DNA of 64,000 nt from Blepharisma stoltei ATCC 30299 (taxonomy: Eukaryota > Protista > Ciliophora): NCBI GenBank assembly GCA_965603825.1, contig CBFDEM010000050.1, positions 248,001 through 312,000 of the forward strand, read 5' to 3'. Of this stretch, positions 13,072 to 27,828 are shown piece by piece (the first letter of the stretch is position 1; each line of letters starts with the position of its first letter). The notes below the pieces were generated by a model, which was given only the letters and a program-made list of their open reading frames with translations, was not told where the DNA came from and searched no databases. Both the position numbers and the translations under genes were made by a program.

Positions 13072-13704
13072 CTATAATAATTGCTCATATTGGCAATTAT
13101 TTAGAAATATACTAGCATCTCGAAGAGGCATCCGAAAGGGTGCTAAAGTGTACATTATTGCTTCATGTGTTAAAGGATGAATTGTTCTTGGGACTTTATG
13201 ATATTTCAGCTCTGGATTTTCAGAATTTTCATTATTTTGTTCACCTTCTAAAAATGGCGGTAGTACATTTTCTTTAAAATGCCTACGAGATGGGATGCCG
13301 ATTCCAGATTTAAAATGACTCTGAATTCTTAGCATATGACAAAGTAGAGGTGATTTTTTATCCAAAGTTACTATGTGCATTCTATAGCATACTGAAGCTA
13401 ATCTTCCAGTAGCAACTAAGTATTGAACTTTAGGCTTCTGCTTAGGCAGTGCTGTAACAAAGTTCATTTTCTTTCATTTGTAGCGTTTTCTAAGTCCTTT
13501 TACTCTTGGGAATCCAAGACCACGGAGTGAGTTTTCTTTAAGAAAGTATAACAATCCATGGGATGGAGCTGTGTAGATGAAACTTGGATGATCTGTGAGA
13601 ATCTGGAATCCAAAGTTTTCGGAGTATTTTTCGTAGTTTCGAATTATAAATTCATATTCAGAGCCATTCAGCCAACGTTCATTCCAGGGAAACTCAGTGA
13701 TCAT
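13072..13704 (-). CDS. Small protein (210 aa) with CG-1 (CAMTA-type) DNA-binding domain-like N-terminus
   Basis: Two ORF pieces joined by TGA (RYK-W-KK). ERWLNGSEYEFIIRNY / APSHGLLYFL / YKWKK / LLCHML parallel the CG-1 pattern RWL..E...IL.N / PPSGSLFLF / WRKK / IVLVHY. Ends in TAG. Confidence 0.65.
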
Positions 13705-14229
13705 TTATATTTTTACAATATTGCCATTTTAAAAGTAATTTGGAGTGTTGGATTTTTAATAATTTAATTTATGAATGCAATGCTATTAATTAGCAGGAAT
13801 AAAAGCAATTTAAGCTATTTATAAAATCTAAAACACTTTTTATTAAGGCTAGTCACATTTTATATCTATAGATAAAATTTTTTTGACCAGATTTATAATG
13901 CAATTTTGCCTGTCTTTTGAAGCAATAAGATCTATTAAAACCTTAAATAGAAATCCAATCTAATAAATATATAAAGCTGTTAGTCAATTAATATTAGTAA
14001 GCACAAACTAATACTTGATCTAAAAGCAGGAGGTTGGGTTTCCGCAGCATGAATAAAGCTTAATAAGTAAGTAGGAGTTTAAATAAAAATGTTGAAAATT
14101 AACCTAAAAACACATTCCAAGTTTTGAATTGCGAATAATCTATCAGTTCATTGCGATAAATTATTTATTTTGAATGAAATTACTTAATTCAGCTACCATT
14201 ATACGATTATTATTCTTAAGTTACTAATT

Positions 14230-14958
14230 TTAAAGCTTTTGGTATACTGCAGGGGGTAATGGGGATGCAGCAACTGGCTGAACATATGGATACCCGCTGG
14301 GAGGAACAGGAGGATATCCAAACTGAGGATTATTTTGATAATAATTTTGCTGACTTTGAGGAATTATAAGATTCGCTTGAGGATAAACAAATGGTTCTTG
14401 ATTCATGATTAGCGGTGCATTTAAAGGCTGAGATGAATTTAAAGGCTGTGATGCATTTTTCATTGCTTTTAGTAGCTTTTTTGCGTGGCGAAATGAGTAA
14501 TGCAAAAGCACTAAAGTTATACCAAAAATGAAGCACAGTATCCCAGTAATTACTGTAAGTCCTTCAGCTATATTTTCATCATTTTCACAATTACTGTCGA
14601 ATTCTTCTTCATCACAAGAAATCGTTCAATTAGATAAAAATGATGCTATGAAGCCCAATCCAACCCCTACTAGAAGTACCCAGAAAACGATTTTAGTGGA
14701 CCTTAGCAAAGAAGAATAAGTTGAGACTGTTTTAATACCGCTCTTTCAGCCTGCAACGCACAAGCCTATTTGTCCAATCATTGCATATGGGAAGAAAATA
14801 GTAATGTACAAAAACCATACATCCCATGTTCCATAAAAATACATAATCATAAAAGGAATTCCAAAAAAGCAATGAAAAAGAATTGAATCACAACGAACTT
14901 GGCCTTTATAAGTTTGAACTTCTCTTTCACGAGAATCACCATTGTAGTTAGGTATCAT
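14230..14958 (-). CDS. Hypothetical ~4-TM membrane protein with Pro/Gln/Tyr-rich tail (242 aa)
   Basis: Single frame with two TGA=Trp; four hydrophobic stretches, a Cys pair in the last loop, and a QFGYPPVPPSGYPY tail. Confidence 0.8.
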
Positions 14959-15176
14959 TTTATATTATACCTGATGAATTATTTTAGCAGTTTAAATATA
15001 TGATTTTAAATGAATATAAATCCTTTATATGTGTCTTATGATTTAGTAATATTAAATTACTTGATTTAGTTACCATTCCGTTCCACCATTAAGCAAATGC
15101 TCTCTAAAATAGAATTTGAACTGCTTATATAATCTTGAATTTAATATAGATTTTAAATTAAAAATAATTAAAACAA

Positions 15177-18100
15177 TTAAGCCAAAATCCAATCGTTTTG
15201 CTCGACTAAGCACATAAAGAGAGGAATATCAATAACTTTGTCAGCTTTTGTATTTACCAGCCCAAAGACGAAATCCTTAGTCAAAATTTGCATTTTTCTT
15301 GTATTAAGTTCAAGAATCCCTGGAGCAGGTCCTGGAATGTTATTTTCCAAACTTACATCTTCCAAGCACTTTCTAACATATTGAGACTCATTTTCATCTT
15401 GCTGTGGAGGAATTTCATACCCTTCTATTCAAGGAATATTCCAATTTACCCCTTTATTAAACGCTGGTACACAAATTTCATCACAATCATTTTCTTCATT
15501 TTCCATACTTCTAAGCAAGTCTTCTATTTTATAAGATAAATCAGTTTTAAATCTCTTCATTTCTGAGGATAATTCTTCTTTTAAGCCTTCATATTTCATA
15601 AAAAAGGCACTTATTCCTTGTTGTCCAGTAGGCACGGTATAAATATCGCCATTATCTTGATTTTTGCTGTGTTTTATTTCTTTAGTTTTAAATCTCATAA
15701 ATTTGTAATTTTGTTCATTTACTGTTTTTATGATATTTGTGCATGAAACCCATTTGAATGAAATATCAAGTATGGATATTGAAGATTTACTAGCTGGAGC
15801 TAGAGCTGGGGTATAATGATTTTCTTGCAAGAAATGGGCTGCCTGTGGTTGACTGTCAAAAACATGTGCCTTTATAAAAGGGAAGTTAAAAGAGTCAGTT
15901 GAGTTTATAATTTCAAGAATATCAGAAACGTCACCTTGCAGTCTTGTTTTTGGATAGCCAGTTAAGCTTATCCCACTTTTATCAAGCTTCCCAAATAAAT
16001 TCAAAACAGCATTTAGCAAGCATTGCCTATTGCCTATTTTCACCATTTCTGGACTTATAATGTCCCTCGCTCTCACTTCTTCATAATTAGCTTCAACAAT
16101 GCATAATGCTTTCAATGTAAAAGGAAATTCCGCTTGCGTTCTTGCATCTCTATTTGGCTGTATATTAGTTCTTGCTTTCCCCATAACAGTTACATCTACA
16201 TTATATTGTCTCAAATGTGCTTGTGTTTTCCATTTGTACTTCAAATTTGTATAAATCTTTTTTATATCTTGTGGGACTTCTCTTCCTATTTCGGTAAATA
16301 AATTAATTCTGACTTCATCACAAGTGTCTATTTTTCATAAGAAATTCCCGGCTAAATCAATGATATTTTGATAAGATTTTTCGTGCAAGCATGAAATGTG
16401 GTGAATTATTAAATTTCTTCCATTTGGAGATGAGCAGTCTAAGGAGTATATTAATAATCCCATGATTTTTTCATTTTTCATAGCCCAGTACCAGCATGGA
16501 TCTACTCCTGATGTAACTTCTATGAGTAGCTGATCTATGCTTGGCAAAATCATCTTTAAAGCAGTAGGAATATAATTATAATATTCGTTCAAAGCATATA
16601 ATGCTGCTTTTTCTGATAAGCCTAAAGGCTTAAACAAAAGATTGGATAAATCTTTAAAATCAGCCATCCCAGCGAAATCAAGACCCATCCCTTCATGAGG
16701 ATCAGTCATTTCAGATGAGACTGCAATTTCTTCATTTCTCATAGAACTTTCTGCTGAGTAATGGTTTGGACTATGAGCCCCTGGTGTAAAGTTTTCTATT
16801 GCATAATCTTCAGCTTCATTTACTTCAATTCCCATTCCAGCAGAATTAGTCATAATAATCTGTGGCGCTGCTAAAGTTCTCCTTTTTTCTTGGTCATAAG
16901 CTGAGTTAATCATAGATTCAGCTACTTGAATTATCCAAGAATCATTGGAAAATTCATCGAATATTTCATTATAAACCATATCTGTAAGTTTTTCATTGAG
17001 AAGTTTTCTTTCTCTTTCCTCAATTTTTTTCCTTTCTTCTCCACTTTTAACTTGCTGCTTTTTCTGGTCTATGGCTTCATTAATTAAAGATTCCGCAATA
17101 CTTTCAAGTTTTAACGAATTTATCGTTTCTTCAATAAGAATCCTTTGGATTTGGTTTGAAATTTGGCCATTAATGGAATTTAGCGTAATTTGTCTTTGAA
17201 GCTGAGCTTCTTCTTCATGTGTTCTTGCTCTTTTGAACTCTTCAATTTCACTGGTAGCAATTTGTGGGAGTTCAGAGTCAATTAAATTTAAAATGCTATT
17301 GAAGACTTCGTCTGTAAGTTTTAAGTTGATTAAATCTCTTTCCTTTTTAGCTGCAGCTTCAAGATTTGCTTTTGCAACCTTTTCACGTGCTTTTGCGTCT
17401 AATTCTGATAGAGTTATCCCAATCATTTGAGTCACAGCTTCATCAAAAAATTGATCAGAAAGCTGCTTGGAAATTTTATCATTTTCTTCTTTTATTTTTT
17501 CAAATTTCTCTTTTTCTGCAATAAATATTCGCTGCTCTTCTTCAAATTGTGCAGATATAAACGATGAAATTGCTGAATTCATTAAATCTTCTGAAATTAA
17601 TTTAGAGAGCTCTTCTGTTTCTAAGGCTTTGCGTTTGCGGTCTTCTTCAGCTTTCTTGCTAGCTTCAATAGTTTCCTGCTCATTTCTAGCATAAATAAAT
17701 TCACTTTCCACTATTTCTTTCAATAAGCTGCTTATAGCAGTATCTGTTATATTCATATTGAAGAAATCTATTAAAACAGCATTTTCTTCCTGCTTTTTCT
17801 TTTCCAAATCTTGCAATCTTTTTCTTTCATTTTCTGCAACAGTTCTATTAGCCTCTTCTATTTCTTGAAGCCTTTTTCTTTCGTTTTCTTCTGCAATTTT
17901 TTTAGCTTCTTCTAAATCGTGTTGCTTTTTTCTTTCATTTTCTGCTGCAATTCTATTAGCTTCTTCTAATTCCTGCTGTTTTTTTCTCTCAGCTAATCTA
18001 TTTGCCTCTTCAATTTCTTGCAATCTTTTCTTTTCATTTTCTGCAGCGATTCTATTAGCCTCTTCTATTTCTTGAAGTCTTTTTCTTTCATTTTCTGCTG

Positions 18101-19976
18101 CGATTCTATTAGCCTCCTCTATTTCTTGCAGTCTTTTCCTTTCATTTTCTGCTGCAATTCTATTAGCTTCTTCTAACTCTTCCTGTCTTTTTCTTTCTTG
18201 CTCTTCTAGTTCTTTTTGCTTTTGTCTTTCAATTTCCTGCAATCTTTTCTTTTCTTTTTCAATTAACTCTTGCTCATCTTTTAATCTTTTTTCTGCTTCT
18301 TGTATTTTTAGTTCTTCATTTATCATAATTACTACAGCTTCATCAAATAATTCCTGAGCGATTTGTTTTTTAATAGCATTATTATCTTCTTCCAGCTGTT
18401 TTTTCTCAGCAGCTTCTTTCATCTGTTTCTGTTTTTTCAGCATAGCTTCTTGAGCGTAATTTAATTCTTCTTCAATCATTTTCCTCACAACTTCGGTTAA
18501 TAAATCTTCAAAAATGTTTTTTCCCAAATACCCAATTTCATCTCTCTTTTTTCTTTCTTCTTCTTTTATTCTTTTATATTCATCTTTAGCGAATTTCAAC
18601 TCATCTCTTGCTAATAAGTCGACTATTTTATTGACTTCGCTATCTATAAGTTTTTGTGCGTAGTTGTCAAAATGCTTATCAAGAGCCCCATTAGCAGCTT
18701 GTCCTAAGAATTCATTTGCGAGTTTTCTGATAGTGTCTAAAAGTTCTTTCCCTAGGATTTCATCGGTTAAATATTTAGCAGCTGCATCATTTTGTCTTTG
18801 AGTTTCATGTTTTTTTGTAACACTGACGATTTCGGTTAATTCATTTTCGACTTCTTCTTCAATGATATCTTCAATGACATAGAGGGAAATTCTATTTTCG
18901 TCGTCATATCTTCTTTGTTTTCTCGTGCTATGCAAAGGAGTCCCTATAAGTGAACTAAATTTTCCGCTAGGCTTTGATTTGTGATTAGGCTCCCATTCAT
19001 TATTGGAATCTTCCATAATTACCATCTCTGCCAATCTTACTCGTTTTAAAAGAACTCCTGGCAATGGAATTAAAACTTGGCCGCTCTCAATAAAATAATT
19101 TTCCTTTTTTCGATTTTGCTGTTTTGATCTATTCGGTGCTGCTTTAGACGGAGCCACTAGTAAAGGATCAGGTTCTTCGCTGAATGTAAAAATTTTAGAA
19201 AAATCCGAATTTGAGAGGAAGTTTAAATCGTGCTTCATTTTCGCCATATAGTTTACACCGTCATGCATAAATGGAACTAGTTTTGTTTTTGCATAAGAAT
19301 CGTTTTGATTTAGCAGCATTGCATAAACAAGCTGCTCGCGCCACCTTACAATGCTTTCTACTACATTTAGTGTTAAGATTCTATGGGCATGCAAAAGCTC
19401 GGCACATTCAAGCTGAACATCTTTGAGCTTTTCTCAATCTGGCGATTTTATTAGATATTCGTTCATTTCTTTGATGCTTTTTAAGCTTTCTTCTCGAGCT
19501 GAAACTGCCCTTAAAGCAATCTGCACTAAGGATCGATTTTTTCTTAAATCCTCGATTTCTCGAGAAATAATAGCTGCGCCTTTATTTCTTGGCAAATCGA
19601 AGACGCATGATTTGAATACTTCTCGCTGGGCCTCTGGGATTGCTCGAATTTCCCACTCAGCCTCTATTTCACCTTTAAGTGCATTTAGCATTTCTTCAGT
19701 TATAGCTAGACTGGCATTGGAAGACCTTTCCAAGCTTTTGGCTCTTCCTGAGCCTGGTCTTGAGCTGATTTGTGGTAGCTTAATTTTGTTCTTTGATTTA
19801 TCTTTAAAATATTTGTCATTGTCTTCATGGATATTAGAGGTATCTAAAGTTGAAGAATTTAGGGGTAAAGAACCAAGCCAAAATCGGTCATCCCAAGGTG
19901 TCTTTTTGCTAGATCTTGAACGTGCTGTATTCGAGGATGAAACTTTGATTTTTTTTGAAGGAGTTGGCTGGAGCAT
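15177..19976 (-). CDS. Large coiled-coil protein (1599 aa) with 18-aa ER/K repeats, putative GNAT-like and C-terminal serpin-like regions
   Basis: Four ORF pieces in one frame joined by TGA at 19434, 16335 and 15429; ends in TAA at 15177. The domain calls are by eye only. Confidence 0.85.
17805..18180 (-). repeat. Coding minisatellite, ~7 imperfect copies of a 54-bp unit encoding EEANRIAAENERKRLQEI
   Basis: Recurrent ttctattagc and ttcattttctgc at about 54-nt spacing. Confidence 0.9.
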
Positions 19977-20505
19977 TAAATAATTACTTTAAATAAGAAA
20001 TATGAAAAGTTTCACATAAGGTTATAAATAAAGCAAATAGCTGTCAATTATTTTTTTTTATTATATCCCTGTTAATTGTAACTGGAAATAATTTAGAGAA
20101 AACTATAAATCGAAAATTTTTTGAAATAAGGCTGCTTATGATAATTATTTATTATGTGAATTTAGACATTATATTGAATCAACAAATAAATAAATTGAGA
20201 AAAATAACAATAAGAAAAAAAATTAGCTCTTATTTTCTGAATTAATTATGGCTTTATGTCTTACTTAGGATAAAACTCAGTTATATAGATTTCGTAAATC
20301 AAATATAGCTTAATGCTCATTTTAAAGCAATCATGCTAAGAAATCTCTTTTAAATCATATAAACCTATTGGATTTTTGACTACAAACATAAATTCTCAAT
20401 ACTTAGTATAATTCTGTAAGCTAACATTTATATCTTAAATAATGCTGCGAATTGTTAATATAATCTTTTAGAAATTGATATATATATGAGTATTTTAATA
20501 GTTAA

Positions 20506-21392
20506 ATGAAAGATACTAAACTTGATGAAAAATTCAATAACATTCTGTTAGGTATTTTTTACGAAGACAGAAATCGAGCATGCCTCTTATTTATTGGACA
20601 AGCATCAAAAAATTCGAGTTGAACAATGAGTAACCCTCCATTAAGAAAACAAAGCTTTCAGAAGTTACAACTAACCATGCATGGAAAAAGAATCGCAATG
20701 AATATGCACAAGCTTTAAAAGAACAAATTTTAATCAAAAATCTAATAGCTCCGTTTAAGTCTGCTCCACCTGAAGGTCCATTGCCTCTTTTCAACAAATT
20801 TTTGGTAAAAATTATTCAGCTAACTCCTACACACAAGGTTCCTGAGCATCGATGAAATTCAAGAGCAGATCTAAACATAGTAAAGCAAAAACTAAAAGGA
20901 AATAAAATTCAAATGGCATTTAAATCCGTTGAATCGCCGAGCAGATCCATAAGTGAAGATGATAAACCCAATTTAAAACAAAAATTAAAGGTAAATCTAA
21001 TTCAGGAAAAAGAGAGAAAAATAAAAGAGCAGCAAGAAGTCATAAGAAAATTGAAAGAAGAAAACCAAAATTTAAAGAAAATGCTGTCTTATGAAATCCA
21101 ATCTCGAGATGAAACAAGAATCAAAATCGATAGTTCAAAAATACTAGAATTTGACGATAAAGAAATAGAGGTTTATAAAGAAAATACTATAAGGAGCATG
21201 AATAGAGATACTCCTTCGTCAAAGCATGTCTCATTTTCATTATCACCAGACAGCAACCAAAAACTGGAAGAAATGTTCTTTATGGATAGCTCACAGCGAA
21301 TAAAAAGAAATTTAAATAGCCAGCTACGCAATCCAAATCTCAGCTTAGAAGAATGCTTGAATAGTATGAGCCACAGTTCTGATTATCTTTAA
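20506..21392 (+). CDS. DUF4485 (CEP112-like N-terminal domain) + coiled-coil protein, 2-3 tiny introns
   Basis: Spliced product LDEKFNNIL..KHQKIRVEQ-W-KTKL..NHAWKKNRNEYA..IAPFKSAPPEGPLP matches the DUF4485 pattern, then joins ORF 20913-21392 in frame. Confidence 0.78.
20552..20570 (+). other. Putative 19-nt intron GTATTTTTTACGAAGACAG (alternative 15-nt acceptor at 20566)
   Basis: A +1 frameshift is needed between exon 1 and the DUF4485 frame; only the 20570 acceptor supplies it. Confidence 0.6.
20630..20645 (+). other. 16-nt intron GTAACCCTCCATTAAG
   Basis: Restores the conserved WKKNRN frame; A at -6. Confidence 0.82.
20805..20819 (+). other. Candidate stop-less 15-nt intron GTAAAAATTATTCAG
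   Basis: Matches the intron consensus (A at position 10) but is in frame with no stop, so it cannot be proven from sequence. Confidence 0.55.
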
Positions 21393-21458
21393 TAGCCTTA
21401 ATATAAATTTAAAATCTCCAATATGAGATATTGTGATTTAAATGACAAATAAAAATCC

Positions 21459-22289
21459 ATGGATGATCCCAGAAATCGTATAAAGTTCATTAAGCAGAGC
21501 ATGTCTATTACAATCGCAATTTTATTAGTGATCGCTATTTAGTTTGCAGTTTTTATTGTTTGCATTATAGAAATAGATGTTATATTTAAAATTTTCATTG
21601 ATTATTCAAACTGGACAAAAGAGAACCCTGTATATGGACTGTTACTTATACAAGTTGTTTGCATAATCGGACTGATCATCATGATTCCTTCAACTTTATT
21701 TGCCCTGACGATAGGCTATATATGTGGAATGCTATGTGGCGAAATTTTTGGGTTTATTTTAGGTATTCTTCTTATTTCTGTCACAAGTCAGGTTGCAGCT
21801 GTGCTATCATTTTTCTTAGCACGATACCTATTTCGCGACATGGTGATAAATAATATTAAAGAAGAATGAGTGAAGACCAGAGCCGTTTTAAAAGCTCTTG
21901 AAACCAAAGGAATAAAAGTCGTTTTCTTATGTAGACTATCCCCTGTAATACCTTATGGGATTTTAAATTATATTGTAGGAGCTTCAAGCATCCCCTTTCA
22001 GCATTTTTTTATTGGCAATCTTGGACTCATCCCTGGATTTTCACTATATGTCTATATTGCAGTAACCATGGGCTCTGTTCAAGAAGCCCTAAGCAACCAA
22101 ACAAGCAGTGACTGATATTGATATCTAATTGCCATTGGCGGGGTGCTTATAATTGCAACGTGTATATACATCACATGAGTATCAAAAAAAGAGTTACAAA
22201 AAATATTAGATGAACAAGAAGAGTCTGAGGCGCCACTTTTCATGGAAGAGGAGCACGAAGAGGTGCCAATTGATCCTAATAATATATAA
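21459..22289 (+). CDS. TVP38/TMEM64-like SNARE-associated (VTT/DedA) membrane protein
   Basis: IPSTLFALTIGY, FFLARYLFR, CRLSPVIPYGILNY, GLIPG. Four TGA=Trp and one 15-nt intron; ends in TAA at 22289. Confidence 0.88.
21528..21542 (+). other. 15-nt intron GTGATCGCTATTTAG
   Basis: Removes an in-frame TAG; A at position 10. Confidence 0.8.
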
Positions 22290-22295
22290 TTATAA

Positions 22296-23945
22296 TTAAA
22301 TAGAATTTAGCTCTGCAGAAATTTGGCTGATCCTTATGGGCATAAGCTCGCACATTTCTTTACAAATATTCATCTGTTCTTCAATGTCTTTGATTTCTTC
22401 TCCATATTTTCCTTCACTGACTTCTGTTAAGTAATTTTGAATCCTCTCATATCATCTATAGCAGCTTTCCATGTAGCTGATTTTTATTTCAATCTCAGGG
22501 TGATCTAGTTTTGTGTAAGTTCTTGCTATTCCAAACATCAAATTTAGAGAAGATTGAATCACATCTTTGGCAGATTCATCATTTAATTCAAATTTCTGTA
22601 CAAACTCTAATAACTCGACCTGCTTTTCGATAGAAGTTAAGGCGCTTATGTTTGTTTTTGTGTATATTTCTTGATTCTTTTTGTTTTTTCCTCGTAATTG
22701 GGAACTTTTTATGTCGTAGATGTCAAGGTAGACTGATGAAATTTCATTCATTAGATGCTGCCAAAGCTGAGAATAAGCCTGTCGGTTTAAATCTTTGGTG
22801 TATTCTTCAAGAATTTCAATTCTTCTTTGTAGCATTGCTATAACCCTCCCTTCATTTTCATCAAAATAGCATAAATATTTGTATAAGCTGCTGATATTTC
22901 GTTTCATCTCTATATGCTCTGTCACATATCCGTCTATAATAAAATATTCTAAAGCTTGCTTCAAGCTTGTATTTGCTAATTTAAACAATTCCTTTGCTTC
23001 TTCTAAATTCCCTGCAGGAGATATTCTTGGAAATTGCACTCTTAGCCCTCTGAATGCTACACATTGAGAATAAATGCGATCTGGAATTGATAATTTATCC
23101 TTATGCAGGGTTGCTCCCATTTCTAAAAAGGCTAAAAAGCATCTTCCTATTTGCATATGAATTGTGCTTTTTAGTTTCCTTTTATTCTGAAGAATAATTG
23201 ACATCCCACACTGCAAAGTATACAAAGCTTGATTTAAGTAGCCATTTTCCACATAATACTCAGCTAAATTTATAGAATTTATTGCTCAATCTTTGATGTC
23301 ATAGTCCCCACTTTCTATTTGCCGCTTCATAGTTTCAGCACAATACATAGCTGATTTTTCTTTTTCACCAAGCTTTGCAAACTCCTGGGCCATATAAAAT
23401 AGAGTCAAAGTATAGTTTTGCTCAATTTTGCATCTATTAACACCTCCGTCAATAATAAAATGAAAACCAGAAGTTCCTGTCAAAAAATCATGAAAATTGT
23501 GGGAAAAAGTCTGTGTATTGAAAATTTTGGTTATTAAATAAAGTTCTTGAGACTTTATGAAATATGATAAGCCTTTTTCGTTTTCTCCACGATTGCAGCA
23601 CAATACACCTAAAGAATTTAATAAATCTTGAAAAATGTTAATAAAGCGGCCTTGCTCTTGAAAAGAAATAGTGCTAAATAAATCTAATGACTTTTGATAA
23701 TGTTTATCACTTTCAGTGATTTCTTCTGTTTCGAAGTGATTAACACCTAGCATATATTCTATGATTGCTTCTGCTGTGCGAGCTATTTCGTCAGATTTTT
23801 TAACCCTTTCTTCTTGTAGGAGTGAGTTCAAAATTTCTCTTGCTTTATATTTGTGTTCATATGGGTGGGAGGACTCTGAAGCCATCCCCATAAGTTTGTC
23901 AACAAACTCAAGTTCTCTTTGAAATACCGAATAAAAGAAATCCAT
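22296..23945 (-). CDS. KIFBP: KIF-binding protein (KBP) homolog
   Basis: HPYEHKYKAREIL, YTLTLFYMAQ, YCAETMKRQ, KD-W-AINSINLAEYY, IDGYVTEHIE, MLQRRIEILE, ICKEMCELMP. Confidence 0.9.
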
Positions 23946-24028
23946 TGCAAAATTATATTAATTTACTGTAATTCAAGAACTTTTCTGGCAAGAGAAATAT
24001 ATGATCCCAAGCAAAATTTATTATAAAT

Positions 24029-24460
24029 ATGATAAGTTTTATTCTTCTTGTCAATAAGCAAGGTCAGACAAGGCTAGCCCAATACTACAACTACATGACG
24101 ATCAGCGAGAGAGCCACACTTGAAGGAGAATTGGTCAGAAAATGCTTAAGCAGGGGTGAAGGCCAATGCAATTTCTTGGAGCACCAGCAGTGGAAGGTCA
24201 TCTATAGAAGATATGCTTCTCTATATTTCATAATTGGCATCGAAGAAGAAAATGTCAACGAGCTTGCTTACTTAGAATTCATTCACAACTTAGTCGAGAC
24301 ACTAGACAAATACTTTGAAAATGTTTGCGAACTCGATATCATGTTCAATATAGAGAAAGCTCATTTTGTCCTTGACGAAATGGTAATGAATGGCTGCATC
24401 CTCGAAACCAATAAAACTATCATACTAGGCCAAATTTCTGCAATTGAGAAGTGCGGATAA
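24029..24460 (+). CDS. AP4S1: AP-4 adaptor complex sigma subunit
   Basis: VNKQGQTRLAQYY, YRRYASLYF, NELAYLEFIHNLVETLDKYFENVCELDIMFN. Confidence 0.93.
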   Translation: MISFILLVNKQGQTRLAQYYNYMTISERATLEGELVRKCLSRGEGQCNFLEHQQWKVIYRRYASLYFIIGIEEENVNELAYLEFIHNLVETLDKYFENVCELDIMFNIEKAHFVLDEMVMNGCILETNKTIILGQISAIEKCG

Positions 24461-24515
24461 CTATATAGATTAGTAATTACAGCTAATAGTCCTCGTAAGA
24501 AAATTCATAATAATT

Positions 24516-27659
<3,144 letters not shown>

Positions 27660-27828
27660 TTATATTTTATATATAATTTCTAGTTTAATTGTATTATGAA
27701 ACTTATCAGGCCATTTTGTATGAGCTAATTTGAAATAAATTTAATTTTTCTCCTCCAAGTTGTTGTGTTTTATTTTAGTTTAGCTATTATTTTCTGATAT
27801 AAAAATTCTAAATAGTAATATTTTCAAA

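Noticed and set aside
17805-18180. CRISPR-like or mobile repeat array
   Set aside because: Contiguous in-frame coding repeats with no spacers
21442-21494. Alternative TVP38 start at 21442 using a 17-nt intron GTATAAAGTTCATTAAG
   Set aside because: Frame-compatible but unnecessary; ATG 21459 is already in frame. Unresolved without RNA data.
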